Below are positions 1 through 11,013 of a DNA stretch of 64,000 nucleotides, piece by piece. This stretch comes from Verrucomicrobiota bacterium. Its GTDB lineage: Bacteria > Verrucomicrobiota > Verrucomicrobiia > Limisphaerales > Palsa-1400. Position 1 is the stretch's first letter; each line of letters opens with the position of its first letter. The DNA lies in assembly GCA_049510745.1 (NCBI GenBank), contig JBEKYR010000002.1, forward strand, positions 32,001 to 96,000, in the 5' to 3' direction. A model generated the notes under the pieces. The model had not been told where the DNA came from. It saw only the letters and a list, made by a program, of their open reading frames with translations, and did no database searches. Position numbers and translations under genes: made by a program.

Positions 1-251
1 TCGCCGGAGAAACATATCTCCCGCGTGCCGCCGCGGATGCCGCTCCACTCGGGTTGTCCGCCCTCGCCCCATTTACCCCCGATGATCTCCGCCAAATTAT
101 AGCCGCGGCCAACGCCGTGCAGGAAACGCAGGGCGTCGCGGATGTTGCTTTTGCCCGACGCGTTGGCGCCGACCAAAATGCTGAACGGCCCAAAGTGAAC
201 TTCCGCCTTCCGGAAGTTTTTGAAATTCGTCAATGTTAACTTCTTTATCAT
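1..251 (-). CDS. AAA/SMC-like ATPase (AAA_15/AAA_21 type), N-terminal part; runs off the window edge
   Basis: Manual translation from ATG at 251: MIKKLTLTNFKNFRKAEVHFGPFSILVGANASGKSN..., with the 'NFKNF' start and Walker A GANASGKS; absent from the ORF track because no stop lies in the window. Confidence 0.85.
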   Translation of the reverse strand, partial: MIKKLTLTNFKNFRKAEVHFGPFSILVGANASGKSNIRDALRFLHGVGRGYNLAEIIGGKWGEGGQPEWSGIRGGTREICFSG

Positions 252-353
252 CGCGCCTACGGCTGTTGCGGGGGCGAGTTTAGGCGATTTGCGGGCGTTT
301 GTAAGCAGAATTTCATTCGACATTCGCGGGGGCGTCCGTTCAAGATAGGGGAG

Positions 354-1154
354 ATGCATTGGCCGGCGGATTATCACATCCACACGCCGCTCTGCCGGCA
401 CGCCCAGGGCGAGCCGACGGAATACGCGGCGCGCGCCGTCGCGCTTGGACTGGACGAAATCGGTTTTTCGGACCACTCGCCCATGCGGCGCGATGATTTC
501 GACAATTGGCGCATGCGGTTCGACCAGTTGGGGGAATACGTCGAGAAGGTGCGCCGGGCGCAAAAGGATTTTCCCGCCCTGTCCATCAAGCTGGCGCTGG
601 AGGTCGATTATTTGCCGGGACACGAGGACTGGATTCAGGAATTGGCGCGGCTGCATCCGTGGGATTATTTTATCGGCTCGGTCCATTACGTGGCGGATTC
701 GTGGGCGCTGGATAACCCGGACGACATGCGCAAGTGGACGGAACGCAATCCGTACGAAGTCTGGTCGGTCTATTTCGAGCGGCTGGGGCTGGCGGCGGAA
801 TCGGACCTTTTTGAAATCATCGGCCACGCGGATTTGCCGAAGAGATTCAAAATTTACCCCAAACAGAATGTCACGCCGCTCTTCGAGCGTTTCCTGGATA
901 AAGCCGCCAAGAGCGATGTGGCGATCGAGGTGAACACGGCCGGCCTGCGCAAGGATTGCCGGGAGATTTACCCCAGCCGCGCGTTCCTGGAACTGGCGGC
1001 GCGGCGCAAAATTCCCATCACCTTTGGGTCCGACGCGCACGCGCCGGGCGAGGTGGGAAGCGACTTTGCGGCGGCGCTGGAATTGGCCCGCGCGGCCGGC
1101 TACACGCACACTTGCCGGTTCGACCAGCGCGAGCGCACCGAGACCCGACTTTGA
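354..1154 (+). CDS. Histidinol-phosphatase, HisJ/PHP family
   Basis: DYHIHT, FSDH, GSVH, GHAD and GSDAH PHP metal-binding motifs. Confidence 0.88.
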   Translation: MHWPADYHIHTPLCRHAQGEPTEYAARAVALGLDEIGFSDHSPMRRDDFDNWRMRFDQLGEYVEKVRRAQKDFPALSIKLALEVDYLPGHEDWIQELARLHPWDYFIGSVHYVADSWALDNPDDMRKWTERNPYEVWSVYFERLGLAAESDLFEIIGHADLPKRFKIYPKQNVTPLFERFLDKAAKSDVAIEVNTAGLRKDCREIYPSRAFLELAARRKIPITFGSDAHAPGEVGSDFAAALELARAAGYTHTCRFDQRERTETRL

Positions 1155-1173
1155 ATTCTTAGCGAAAGACGCC

Positions 1174-1800
1174 ATGAAATTCCTCTCCCTGCTCCTTGCC
1201 GCCGGTTTCCTGGCGTCCTTCGCGGGCGCGGAAACGGTTCATTTCGACTCCGCCAAACCGGGTGCGTTGCCCGAAGGTTGGCTGGCTGGAGTGACCGGTC
1301 CCGGAGCCGCGCAATGGGCGGTCGCCGCCGATCCGGTCGCGCCCGGCGCGCCCCGCGTCCTCCAGCAGTCCGGCGCGGTTCCTTCCCACAGCTATCCCTG
1401 GTGTGTGAAGAAGGATGTTTCGTTGCAGGACGGGTTTGTCGAGGTCAAATTCAAGCCGCTTTCCGGCTGGGAGGACCAGGCGGGCGGCGTCGTCTGGCGG
1501 TGGCAGGACGGCGACAATTATTACGTCGCCCGCGGCAACGCCCTCGAAGAGAACGTCATCCTTTTTCGCACCGTCAAGGGCGCCCGGCGGGAGCTGCATC
1601 GTTGCGCCGTCAAAGTCGCACCCCATCAGTGGCACACGCTGCGCGTCGATTTCAAAGGCAGCCATTTCACCGTGACGTTCGATGGCCGGAGTGTGATGGA
1701 ATGGGATGACGAAACCTTCAAAAAGGCGGGAGCCGTCGGCGTCTGGACCAAGGCCGACAGCGTGACGGCGTTTAATGACTTCCAATTCGACGGCCACTGA
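1174..1800 (+). CDS. Secreted DUF1080/LamG-like beta-sandwich protein
   Basis: Signal peptide MKFLSLLLAAGFLASFAGA from ATG 1174; DQAGGVVWRWQDGDNYYVAR and GAVGVWTKADS motifs. Confidence 0.7.
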   Translation: MKFLSLLLAAGFLASFAGAETVHFDSAKPGALPEGWLAGVTGPGAAQWAVAADPVAPGAPRVLQQSGAVPSHSYPWCVKKDVSLQDGFVEVKFKPLSGWEDQAGGVVWRWQDGDNYYVARGNALEENVILFRTVKGARRELHRCAVKVAPHQWHTLRVDFKGSHFTVTFDGRSVMEWDDETFKKAGAVGVWTKADSVTAFNDFQFDGH

Positions 1801-1900
1801 CAAAGAAAGATTTGCGGTTTACAATTTGCGGGATTGGCTTTAGTCAATGTCGCGCGTTTCGGCTCGGAATAAAAAGTGCGAAGACATTCCAAACTGAATC

Positions 1901-4900
1901 ATGACAACCGCAGACAAGCCCGCGCCAACCGCGCCCCCGCCCCCACCCAAGCGCAAGGTCCCCAATGTGCGCCTGTCTTCCCGCCTGGCTGACGCCGCCC
2001 GCCTGGACGCCCCGGAGGCGTTGCGCCTGCTGGAAACCGGCCCGGAAGGTTTGACGGAAGCGGTCGCGGCGGAGCGCCTGGAGCAAGTCGGCCCGAACGA
2101 AGTCTCCCAGGAAAAACATAACGTCTGGACGGGCCGCCTCTGGCACGCCGTGCGCAATCCGCTGGTCATTCTGCTCACGGTGCTGGCCATCATCAGCTTT
2201 TCCACCGCCCAGGAAACCAGCGATTTCCTCGGCGCCTGGCTCATGGTGGCGATGGTCATCCTCGGCGTGGCGCTGCGCTTCATCCAGGAATCCAAGGCGG
2301 ACTCCGCCGCCGCCAAGTTGAAGGCGATGATCAAGGTCACGGCCACCGTGGTGCGCGACGGCCAGGCCGCGGAGGTCCCCTTGCAGTGCCTGGTGCCGGG
2401 CGACATCGTGAAATTGTCCGCCGGCGATATGATTCCGGCGGATGTGCGCATTCTGACGGCCAAAGATTTGTTCATCATCCAGGCGACGTTGACGGGGGAA
2501 TCGTTGCCGGTGGAAAAGTTCGACACGCGGGAAACGCGGGAGAACATTTCGCCGCTGGAATTTGCCAATCTCTGCTTTTTGGGAACGAGCGTGGAAAGCG
2601 GCGCCGCGCAGGCGCTGGTAGTGGAGACCGGTCCCCGCACTTACCTGGGCGGCATCGCCAGCAGCATGACGACGCAGTTGGTCGAGACGAACTTCGACAA
2701 AGGGATCAAGCGGTTCACGTATCTGATGCTGACGTTCATGCTGATCATGGTTCCGGCGGTCTTCTTTATCAACGCCTTGAGCAAATCGCCCTCGCAGGTG
2801 GCCGACGATGACCTTGTCAAACTCCCTTCGCTGGCTGGCAAACTGGCGGCAAAAGCCGACCCTGTCTCCGCCTTTGTGAGCGAGCAATTGGACGCCGGCA
2901 CCAAGGCTTGCCTGGCGGCCTACCAGGTTTCACCCACCAATAGTGAGGCGCTGGCCGGGATGCTCGTTTCCAACCTGAACCTGATTGTTTCCGGTCCCTC
3001 CATCTATGATCAGAAACGTTTCCAAAATGTCCCGCTGCAGCCGGAAACGAAGTCACGCCTGAAAAACCCGCGCCGCCATGATTTCAGGCTCAACCGGCTG
3101 CTGCTGGAGGACGCTTACCCGGCGGAACTGAAGAAAAGCGGCAAGCATGATTGGGCTGGGGCGTTTCTGTTCGCGCTGGCGGTGGCGGTTGGATTGACGC
3201 CGGAAATGCTGCCGATGATTGTCTCCGTCTGCCTGTCCAAGGGGGCGCTGGCCATGGCGAAGAAAAAAGTCATCGTCAAGCGGCTCAATTCCATCCAGAA
3301 CTTCGGGGCCATGGACGTGCTTTGCACGGACAAGACCGGCACGCTGACCCGCGATCACGTCATCCTGGAAATTCATTGCGACGTTTTCAAAAAGGAGAGC
3401 GACCCCGTTTTGCTGGAGGCCTACCTCATCAGCCATTTCCAGACCGGGCTGAAAAACGTCCTGGATCGCGCGGTGTTGAGCCATCCGGAGGCGCAGCAAA
3501 AACTGTGCATAGACAATTACAGGAAGGTGGACGAAATCCCGTTCGATTTTTCGCGCAAGATGATGTCGGTCATCGTCGAAACGCCGGAGCATGAATACCA
3601 GATTTTGACCAAAGGCGCGCCGGAGGCGGTTTTTGCCCGTTGCACGCAGTTTGAAAGCGAGGGCGAAATTCTGCCCATGGAACCCATTTTGATCGGCGAT
3701 CTCATCCAGGAATACAATGATCTGAGCGCCGACGGATTTCGCGTTCTGGCCGTGGCCTCGCGGAAGCTGGACAAACGGCCCGCTTACTCCAAAGCCGATG
3801 AATCCGAACTCATTCTCAAGGGATACATCGCCTTCCTCGACCCCCCCAAGGAGTCGGCCGGCCAGGCCATCGCCGCCTTGCAGCACAACGGGGTCAGTGT
3901 GAAAGTGCTGACCGGTGACAACGATCTGGTGACGCGCAAAGTCTGCAAAGACGTGGGGCTGGACACGGGCGAAGTGCTGCTCGGCAACGCGGTGGAAGGT
4001 ATGAGCGACGAGCAGCTTTGCCGGGCGGTGGAAACGACGCAGGTTTTCGCGCGGCTTTCCCCAACCCACAAGCAGCGCATCGTCGAGGCCCTGCGCCACA
4101 ACGGCCACGTCGTCGGGTTCATGGGCGACGGCATCAATGACGCTCCCGCCTTGCGCGCCGCCGATGTCGGCCTGTCGGTGGACAACGCGGTGGACATCGC
4201 CAAGGAATCGGCGGACATGATCCTGCTGGAAAAGAACCTGATGGTGCTCGAAGAAGGGGTGCTGGAAGGGCGGAAGGTGTTCATCAACATTCTCAAATAT
4301 ATCCGCATGGGGGCCAGTTCCAACTTTGGCAACATGTTCAGCGTGCTCGGAGCGAGCGCCTTTCTGCCCTATCAGCCCATGCTGCCGATTCAGATTTTGA
4401 CGAACAATCTGCTCTATGATTTTTCGCAGGTCGCCATTCCGACCGACAACGTCAACGTCAACCTCATCGCCAAGCCGCAGCCGTGGGACATGGGTGAGAT
4501 TGCGCGGTTTATTTTATTCATTGGACCGGTCAGTTCGATCTTCGATTACACGACGTTTTTTGTGATGTTGTATCTTTTCCAATGCTGGGCGCCGGCGGGG
4601 GCGGCCCTGTTTCACACCGGCTGGTTTGTGGAATCGCTCATGACCCAGACCCTGATTATTCACGTCATTCGCACACGGCAGATTCCGTTCCTCCAGGCGC
4701 GGGCCAGCACGGCGCTGACGATCACGACGGTGGTCATCATGGCGATCGGGGCGTGGCTGCCCTATTCGCCGCTGGCGCCGATGCTGCAATTCGTGCCGTT
4801 GCCGGCCCTTTTCTGGCCGATTCTATTTTTGACGCTGCTCTGTTACGTGGTACTGACCCAATTGGTCAAGATGTGGCTGATTCGCCGGAGGTGGCTCTGA
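1901..4900 (+). CDS. mgtA: Magnesium-translocating P-type ATPase (P3B) with an extra ~119 aa loop insertion
   Basis: TGES, AVGLTPEMLP, DKTGT, TGD, GDGINDAP, SSNFGNMFS and NNLLYDFSQ motifs. Confidence 0.95.
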   Translation: MTTADKPAPTAPPPPPKRKVPNVRLSSRLADAARLDAPEALRLLETGPEGLTEAVAAERLEQVGPNEVSQEKHNVWTGRLWHAVRNPLVILLTVLAIISFSTAQETSDFLGAWLMVAMVILGVALRFIQESKADSAAAKLKAMIKVTATVVRDGQAAEVPLQCLVPGDIVKLSAGDMIPADVRILTAKDLFIIQATLTGESLPVEKFDTRETRENISPLEFANLCFLGTSVESGAAQALVVETGPRTYLGGIASSMTTQLVETNFDKGIKRFTYLMLTFMLIMVPAVFFINALSKSPSQVADDDLVKLPSLAGKLAAKADPVSAFVSEQLDAGTKACLAAYQVSPTNSEALAGMLVSNLNLIVSGPSIYDQKRFQNVPLQPETKSRLKNPRRHDFRLNRLLLEDAYPAELKKSGKHDWAGAFLFALAVAVGLTPEMLPMIVSVCLSKGALAMAKKKVIVKRLNSIQNFGAMDVLCTDKTGTLTRDHVILEIHCDVFKKESDPVLLEAYLISHFQTGLKNVLDRAVLSHPEAQQKLCIDNYRKVDEIPFDFSRKMMSVIVETPEHEYQILTKGAPEAVFARCTQFESEGEILPMEPILIGDLIQEYNDLSADGFRVLAVASRKLDKRPAYSKADESELILKGYIAFLDPPKESAGQAIAALQHNGVSVKVLTGDNDLVTRKVCKDVGLDTGEVLLGNAVEGMSDEQLCRAVETTQVFARLSPTHKQRIVEALRHNGHVVGFMGDGINDAPALRAADVGLSVDNAVDIAKESADMILLEKNLMVLEEGVLEGRKVFINILKYIRMGASSNFGNMFSVLGASAFLPYQPMLPIQILTNNLLYDFSQVAIPTDNVNVNLIAKPQPWDMGEIARFILFIGPVSSIFDYTTFFVMLYLFQCWAPAGAALFHTGWFVESLMTQTLIIHVIRTRQIPFLQARASTALTITTVVIMAIGAWLPYSPLAPMLQFVPLPALFWPILFLTLLCYVVLTQLVKMWLIRRRWL

Positions 4901-5591
4901 TCCGCCGGGCGGGCGCCGCCGGCTTCAACAACGCCCACTGCAAGCTCAATCCCGGCGCCACTCCGCTCAGGTTCCGCAAATCCACCGGCTTGGCGATGTA
5001 GGCCGCCGCGCCCAGCCGTTTGCTGGTCTGGATGTCGCGGTCGCGGTTCGAAGCGGTCAGGACGACGACAGGAATCGAGGCGGTGCGGGGGTCGGATTTG
5101 ACCCGGCGCAACACCTCCAGCCCGCCCAGCCCCGGCAAACCCAAGTCAAGTAAAATGAGCTGGGGCCGCCGGGTGGGCGGGCGCCCGGCGTAGGCGCCCG
5201 TGCGAAAGAGAAAATCCACGGCGTCCAATCCGTTGCGGATGACCTGCACGCGGTTGGTGATGAATTGGAGGGCCTCCATGGCCAACTCGATGTCGTTCGG
5301 GTTGTCCTCCACGAAGAGAATGTCCACCAATTCCCCGCCCCCGATGCCGGCGCTTCCCGATCCGCCCGGCGGCGCCTGGTAGGCGAAAAGGGTGGCCACG
5401 GAGATTTCGAGGGCGCGGGCCAGCTTTTCGATGCTCTGCAGGGAAACGTTGCGCGCTCCGCGTTCGATATCACAAACATAGGTGCGGTGCAAACCCGCCC
5501 TTCCGGCTAATTCCTCCTGCGAGATGCCCAGGCGGCCTCTCCAGGCTTTGACCGACGTCCCAAACGGTTTTTTTACATCAACTCTTTCCAC
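4866..5591 (-). CDS. XRE/controller-like HTH fused to a response-regulator receiver domain
   Basis: N-terminal SQEELAGRAGLHRTYVCDIERGARNVSL; C-terminal ILFVEDN...LILLDLGLP...YIAKP. Confidence 0.85.
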   Translation of the reverse strand: MERVDVKKPFGTSVKAWRGRLGISQEELAGRAGLHRTYVCDIERGARNVSLQSIEKLARALEISVATLFAYQAPPGGSGSAGIGGGELVDILFVEDNPNDIELAMEALQFITNRVQVIRNGLDAVDFLFRTGAYAGRPPTRRPQLILLDLGLPGLGGLEVLRRVKSDPRTASIPVVVLTASNRDRDIQTSKRLGAAAYIAKPVDLRNLSGVAPGLSLQWALLKPAAPARRIRATSGESATS

Positions 5592-5630
5592 AAGCGTGTC
5601 CTTTGCTCCCAGATGATAACAACCCTCACA

Positions 5631-5644
5631 ACAGACTATGAGTG
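5631..5644 (-). promoter_or_regulatory. C-box-like operator (CACTCATAGTCTGT) upstream of the controller-like HTH gene
   Basis: Matches the ACTCATAGTC(TGT) half of PvuII-type C-boxes, about 40 nt upstream of the start. Confidence 0.5.
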
Positions 5645-5877
5645 ACGGCTCGTTAAAATTGTCCCGACGCTTTGTTTCGCCCCTGAAGATTCATCGTTCC
5701 CCCGGGGACCCAGATAAACTCAACTCGATCATCTGACAACAGAAACGTTACGATAAAGCGAGCGGGAAATCCAGAAAAAAATTCGCTCTTTTCCTGCCGC
5801 CCGCGCGCGGCAAGGCCAGGGCCGGTGCCGGCGGTCGCGGCTCGACAGCGTCCGGGCCTGGCGATAGAATCCAGAAG

Positions 5878-6102
5878 ATGGAAAGCGCTCAAGATGAAGC
5901 ATCGGCCCTGCCGCGCCAATGGCTGGAGGAATTTGAAGCCGCCGCCCGCCGTCCCCTGGAAACGCGCTTTCGTTATTCCTTTATTCACACCTACAAACCG
6001 GTGTTGGACGACGCCCCGTATCGCGCCTTTGACACCATGGAAGACTACCGCCGCTGGTGCGAGGCCAACCTTCCCGACTGGCTCGGCTATGGCCGCGTTT
6101 GA
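5878..6102 (+). CDS. Small hypothetical protein, putative partner of the downstream nucleotidyltransferase
   Basis: 74 aa, host-like codon usage, overlaps the start of the next gene. Confidence 0.7.
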   Translation: MESAQDEASALPRQWLEEFEAAARRPLETRFRYSFIHTYKPVLDDAPYRAFDTMEDYRRWCEANLPDWLGYGRV

Positions 6103-6559
6103 TTACCGCCAAGCCGAGGAAATCCGTGATGTCTTCCGCGCCCATCACGTTCGCTACCTTTTTCTCGGCAAGTCGGGGGCCATTCTGTTGGGCTATCCCG
6201 ACACGACGCAGGACGCCGACCTTTTTGTCCAACGGTCGGCTGAAAACGGAAACGCTCTGGTGGGCGCGCTCCGCCAGTTGGGTTTTGCCCTGACAGATCA
6301 ACAGGCTGGCGAAATCATGCGCGGCAAGGATTTCGTCCAGTTGAAGAACGGCCCGTTCGATTTGGACCTGGTGTTTGCTCCCGATGGAATTGAGCGATTT
6401 GAGGATGCCTGGCGCCGGCGGGTCGATGTGGAAGGATTTCCCGTCTGCCACATCGACGACATAATCGCCAGCAAGGCGGCAAGCAACCGGCAGAAGGACC
6501 GTGAGTCCCTGCCCCGCCTGCGTTCGTTCCGCGAGTATTGGATCAAATCGCGGAAATGA
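6089..6559 (+). CDS. Nucleotidyltransferase-fold protein (DUF6036/AbiEii-like)
   Basis: Start MAAFDYRQ; GKSGAILLG..TTQDADLF (G-x-DxD) and C-terminal KAASNRQKD. Confidence 0.7.
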   Translation: MAAFDYRQAEEIRDVFRAHHVRYLFLGKSGAILLGYPDTTQDADLFVQRSAENGNALVGALRQLGFALTDQQAGEIMRGKDFVQLKNGPFDLDLVFAPDGIERFEDAWRRRVDVEGFPVCHIDDIIASKAASNRQKDRESLPRLRSFREYWIKSRK

Positions 6560-6782
6560 GGCCGGAAATTGACTTGCGTTTCGGGGCGGGGGGAGTATGG
6601 TAGCGGTTGCCTGGACCCCGCTTTGTGCGGTGTTCATTGAGGCTGAGAAAAGAAAGTTAACACAGGAACCTAACCTTTAACCTCCGTTGCCCGGCAACGC
6701 GGTCAGGTAGGCAATGGAGTCTTCGTAGGCGCCGCCGGCGCGCGCGCCCGCAAGTCTCCCGCAGTTTGTCAAGACGCTATAT

Positions 6783-8462
<1,680 letters not shown>

Positions 8463-8540
8463 TTTGACGCGGGAAAACGCCGGTTCGCTTCGACGCGGGC
8501 CGGCGCCCGGTCCGCGCTTGGGGAAAGCGCGTTTCCCTGG

Positions 8541-9707
8541 ATGAAAACCCTGCACCTCTACCTGACCCGCCAAATGCTGGCGACGTTGGGCATGACGGTG
8601 TTCGTGGTGACGTTTGTTCTGCTGCTGGGCAACGTCATCAAGGAAATCCTCAACCTGCTGGTCAACCGCCAGGCCACACTGAGCCTGGCCCTGCACGGCA
8701 TCCTGCTGCTGATACCCTACGTTCTGGCCTTCTCGCTGCCCATCGGGATGCTCACGGCGGCCTTGCTGGTTTTTGGGCGGTTCAGCGCGGACCAGGAATT
8801 GATGGCGGCGCGCGCCAGCGGGATCAGCCTGGTCAGCCTGATCACGCCGATCCTGCTGCTGAGCGTGGCGGTCAGCGGCTTGTGCGCGTGGCTCAACTTC
8901 GACATCGCCCCGGCCAGCCGGATGGCTTACAAGGAACTGCTCTTCCGCGCCTCGGCCAAAAATCCGTCCGACATCCTGCGCCCCGGCGAGCCGGTGCCGT
9001 TGGGCAATTACACCATTTTGGTCGGCAAAAAGGACGGAACCAACCTGGAAAACGTCATCGTCACCAAATGGACGCGCACGGGCGAACTGAAGGAATGGCT
9101 GCAAGGCCCAACCGGAACGCTGTTCTCCGATCCGGCCCGCAAACAAATCATTCTGACGGTGCATTCGGCCCAAGGCTGGTTCCACGAAACCAACGGGTGG
9201 GAGCCGAAATTGTCCGGGGGCGACCCGCAAATCCCGCTGGAAATCGAGTCGCAGGCGCAGACGATGCTGGCGGTGCCGCCCAGTGACATGACCTTCCACC
9301 AATTGCGCGCGGAGCTGGAACGATTGCAGCGGCCCCTGGCCAACCCCGCGCCGCCGGCCCGCCCGCAGAGCGGGGCCGTGAAAGGCGAGCGCGAGGTCCG
9401 GCAAATTGTCGAAGACATAACCACGCCGGTGATGGTGTACATGCACCGCGAAGTGGCGTTTTCGTTTGCGTGCATTGGTTTTACGCTGGTGGGGATTCCG
9501 CTGGGCATCCGGGCGCACCGGCGCGAGACCAGCGCGGGGGTGGCCATCGCGCTGGTGTTGATGCTCATTTATTACAGCTTCGTGGTGCTGGCCCAGGCGT
9601 GGGTCGGCCATCCCGAACGCGCCCCGTACCTGATCGTCTGGCTGCCGAACTTCATTTTCCAGGCGGTGGGCGCGGTGCTGCTCTGGCGGGCAAACCGGCG
9701 CGGGTGA
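8541..9707 (+). CDS. lptF: LptF/LptG family LPS export permease
   Basis: YLTRQML, GRFSADQELMAARASGIS, GIPLG and WLPN motifs; 3+3 TM layout. Confidence 0.85.
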   Translation: MKTLHLYLTRQMLATLGMTVFVVTFVLLLGNVIKEILNLLVNRQATLSLALHGILLLIPYVLAFSLPIGMLTAALLVFGRFSADQELMAARASGISLVSLITPILLLSVAVSGLCAWLNFDIAPASRMAYKELLFRASAKNPSDILRPGEPVPLGNYTILVGKKDGTNLENVIVTKWTRTGELKEWLQGPTGTLFSDPARKQIILTVHSAQGWFHETNGWEPKLSGGDPQIPLEIESQAQTMLAVPPSDMTFHQLRAELERLQRPLANPAPPARPQSGAVKGEREVRQIVEDITTPVMVYMHREVAFSFACIGFTLVGIPLGIRAHRRETSAGVAIALVLMLIYYSFVVLAQAWVGHPERAPYLIVWLPNFIFQAVGAVLLWRANRRG

Positions 9708-9858
9708 GATTATTGAAAATATAAGAATGAGTGAATCAGTGAATGAGTGAGTGGAGCAGGGAAGGCGGATGGACCGATGGCCAAGGGTGCGGGCCACAGA
9801 TGAACACGGATGAACGCAGCGCGGCAGCCGCAACCCAGACCTGCCCAGAGGAAATTGA

Positions 9859-9945
9859 CTCGCGCAGAGGCGCAGAGGGCGCAGAGGAATATCAAGAAGA
9901 AAAGCGATTCATGATTTTCTCTGCGCCTCTGCGGCTCTGCGCGAG
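9859..9945. repeat. Inverted repeat of 9-nt-period units (CGCAGAG.. / ..CTCTGCG)
   Basis: ctcgcgcagaggcgcagagggcgcagag at 9859-9886 pairs with ctctgcgcctctgcggctctgcgcgag at 9919-9945. Confidence 0.75.
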
Positions 9946-10266
9946 AAAATCTCGTTGGAAATGCGCGATTTTTCACTATAGTGGTGCATGCTTTTCCCGA
10001 GACTTCGCTCGGGAAACGAGGCTTCGCAGCCGGCATCCTGCGACCGGCTTGTTTTCGTTGCGACCAACATGTTGGTCTTAGTTTTTGGATAGCAGAACAG
10101 ATTGACTAAAAGACCATGCGCTTGAACTCGACTTTGGTCGCGCCGGCTTGATGGAATTGGCAAGGGTTTTCCCAGTGGCGGCAAGGAACGACCTAGTGGC
10201 GGGCGACCCTCGCAGAAGGTATAAAGGCACTTGCGTGTCTCACCAACCCGCGGGTGCGGATTGGGC

Positions 10267-10309
10267 GGAGTCTGGATACGCTCAATATCCGGACTCCGTT
10301 TTGTTTTTA
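10267..10309 (+). terminator. Intrinsic terminator
   Basis: GGAGTCTGGATA-N7-TATCCGGACTCC stem followed by GTTTTGTTTTT. Confidence 0.7.
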
Positions 10310-10410
10310 CGGGTTGGAAGCGAATCAGTGAGTGGAGCAAGGAATGCTATCGCATACACCCATCAATTGGTAGCAGGCGGGGCGTTCGTGCCAAAAAACT
10401 ACTGATAAGG

Positions 10411-11013
10411 CTACCCTTTTGTGAATGGCTTCGCATCTTCGTCCTGAGTCAAGCGGCTGAACTGCGGGCCAATCGCCCTGTAATACTTCCGTTGCCGTCC
10501 GGTGTAAGGCTGCTTCACCGCAGGCTCAACATCTCGCAGGACTAATTGAGCGATGCGCACGCCGGGAAACAAATCGAGTGGCATCGTTCCAACATTCGAT
10601 AGTTCCAGAGTTACCACGCCGCTGAAACCGGGCTCAATGCACGTAGCCGTAGCAATTTGAAGCCCCACTCGAGACCAGGATGAGCGCCCTTCAACTTGCC
10701 CTTCCAAATCCGAGGGCATCTGGAGATATTCAAATGTGCAACCTAACGCTAACTGGCCAGGATGCAGCACAAACTTATGTCCAAATCTCACTACTCGTCG
10801 CTCCTGAAGGCTGCGCAACTGAATATCCGACAGCACGAACGGGTTGAGCGATTCCCCCATGTGCATGCGGAAAACTATGAATTGATTGCCAAGACGCAGA
10901 TCAACTGAAATGTCTCCAAACTGCTTCGGTGACAAAATCGGCGTAATCACGAGCTGCTTTGCATCAGTTTCCCGCAACCTCGATTCAATTCTCTCTTTGC
11001 TGAGTGTGCTCAT
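10411..11013 (-). CDS. dcd: dCTP deaminase (trimeric Dcd/dUTPase fold)
   Basis: SVDLRLG, EGRSSWSRVGL, IEPGFSGVVTLEL and PGVRIAQL motifs. Confidence 0.92.
   Translation of the reverse strand: MSTLSKERIESRLRETDAKQLVITPILSPKQFGDISVDLRLGNQFIVFRMHMGESLNPFVLSDIQLRSLQERRVVRFGHKFVLHPGQLALGCTFEYLQMPSDLEGQVEGRSSWSRVGLQIATATCIEPGFSGVVTLELSNVGTMPLDLFPGVRIAQLVLRDVEPAVKQPYTGRQRKYYRAIGPQFSRLTQDEDAKPFTKG

Noticed and set aside
54..239. 61 aa plus-strand ORF
   Set aside because: Antisense to the partial AAA ATPase.
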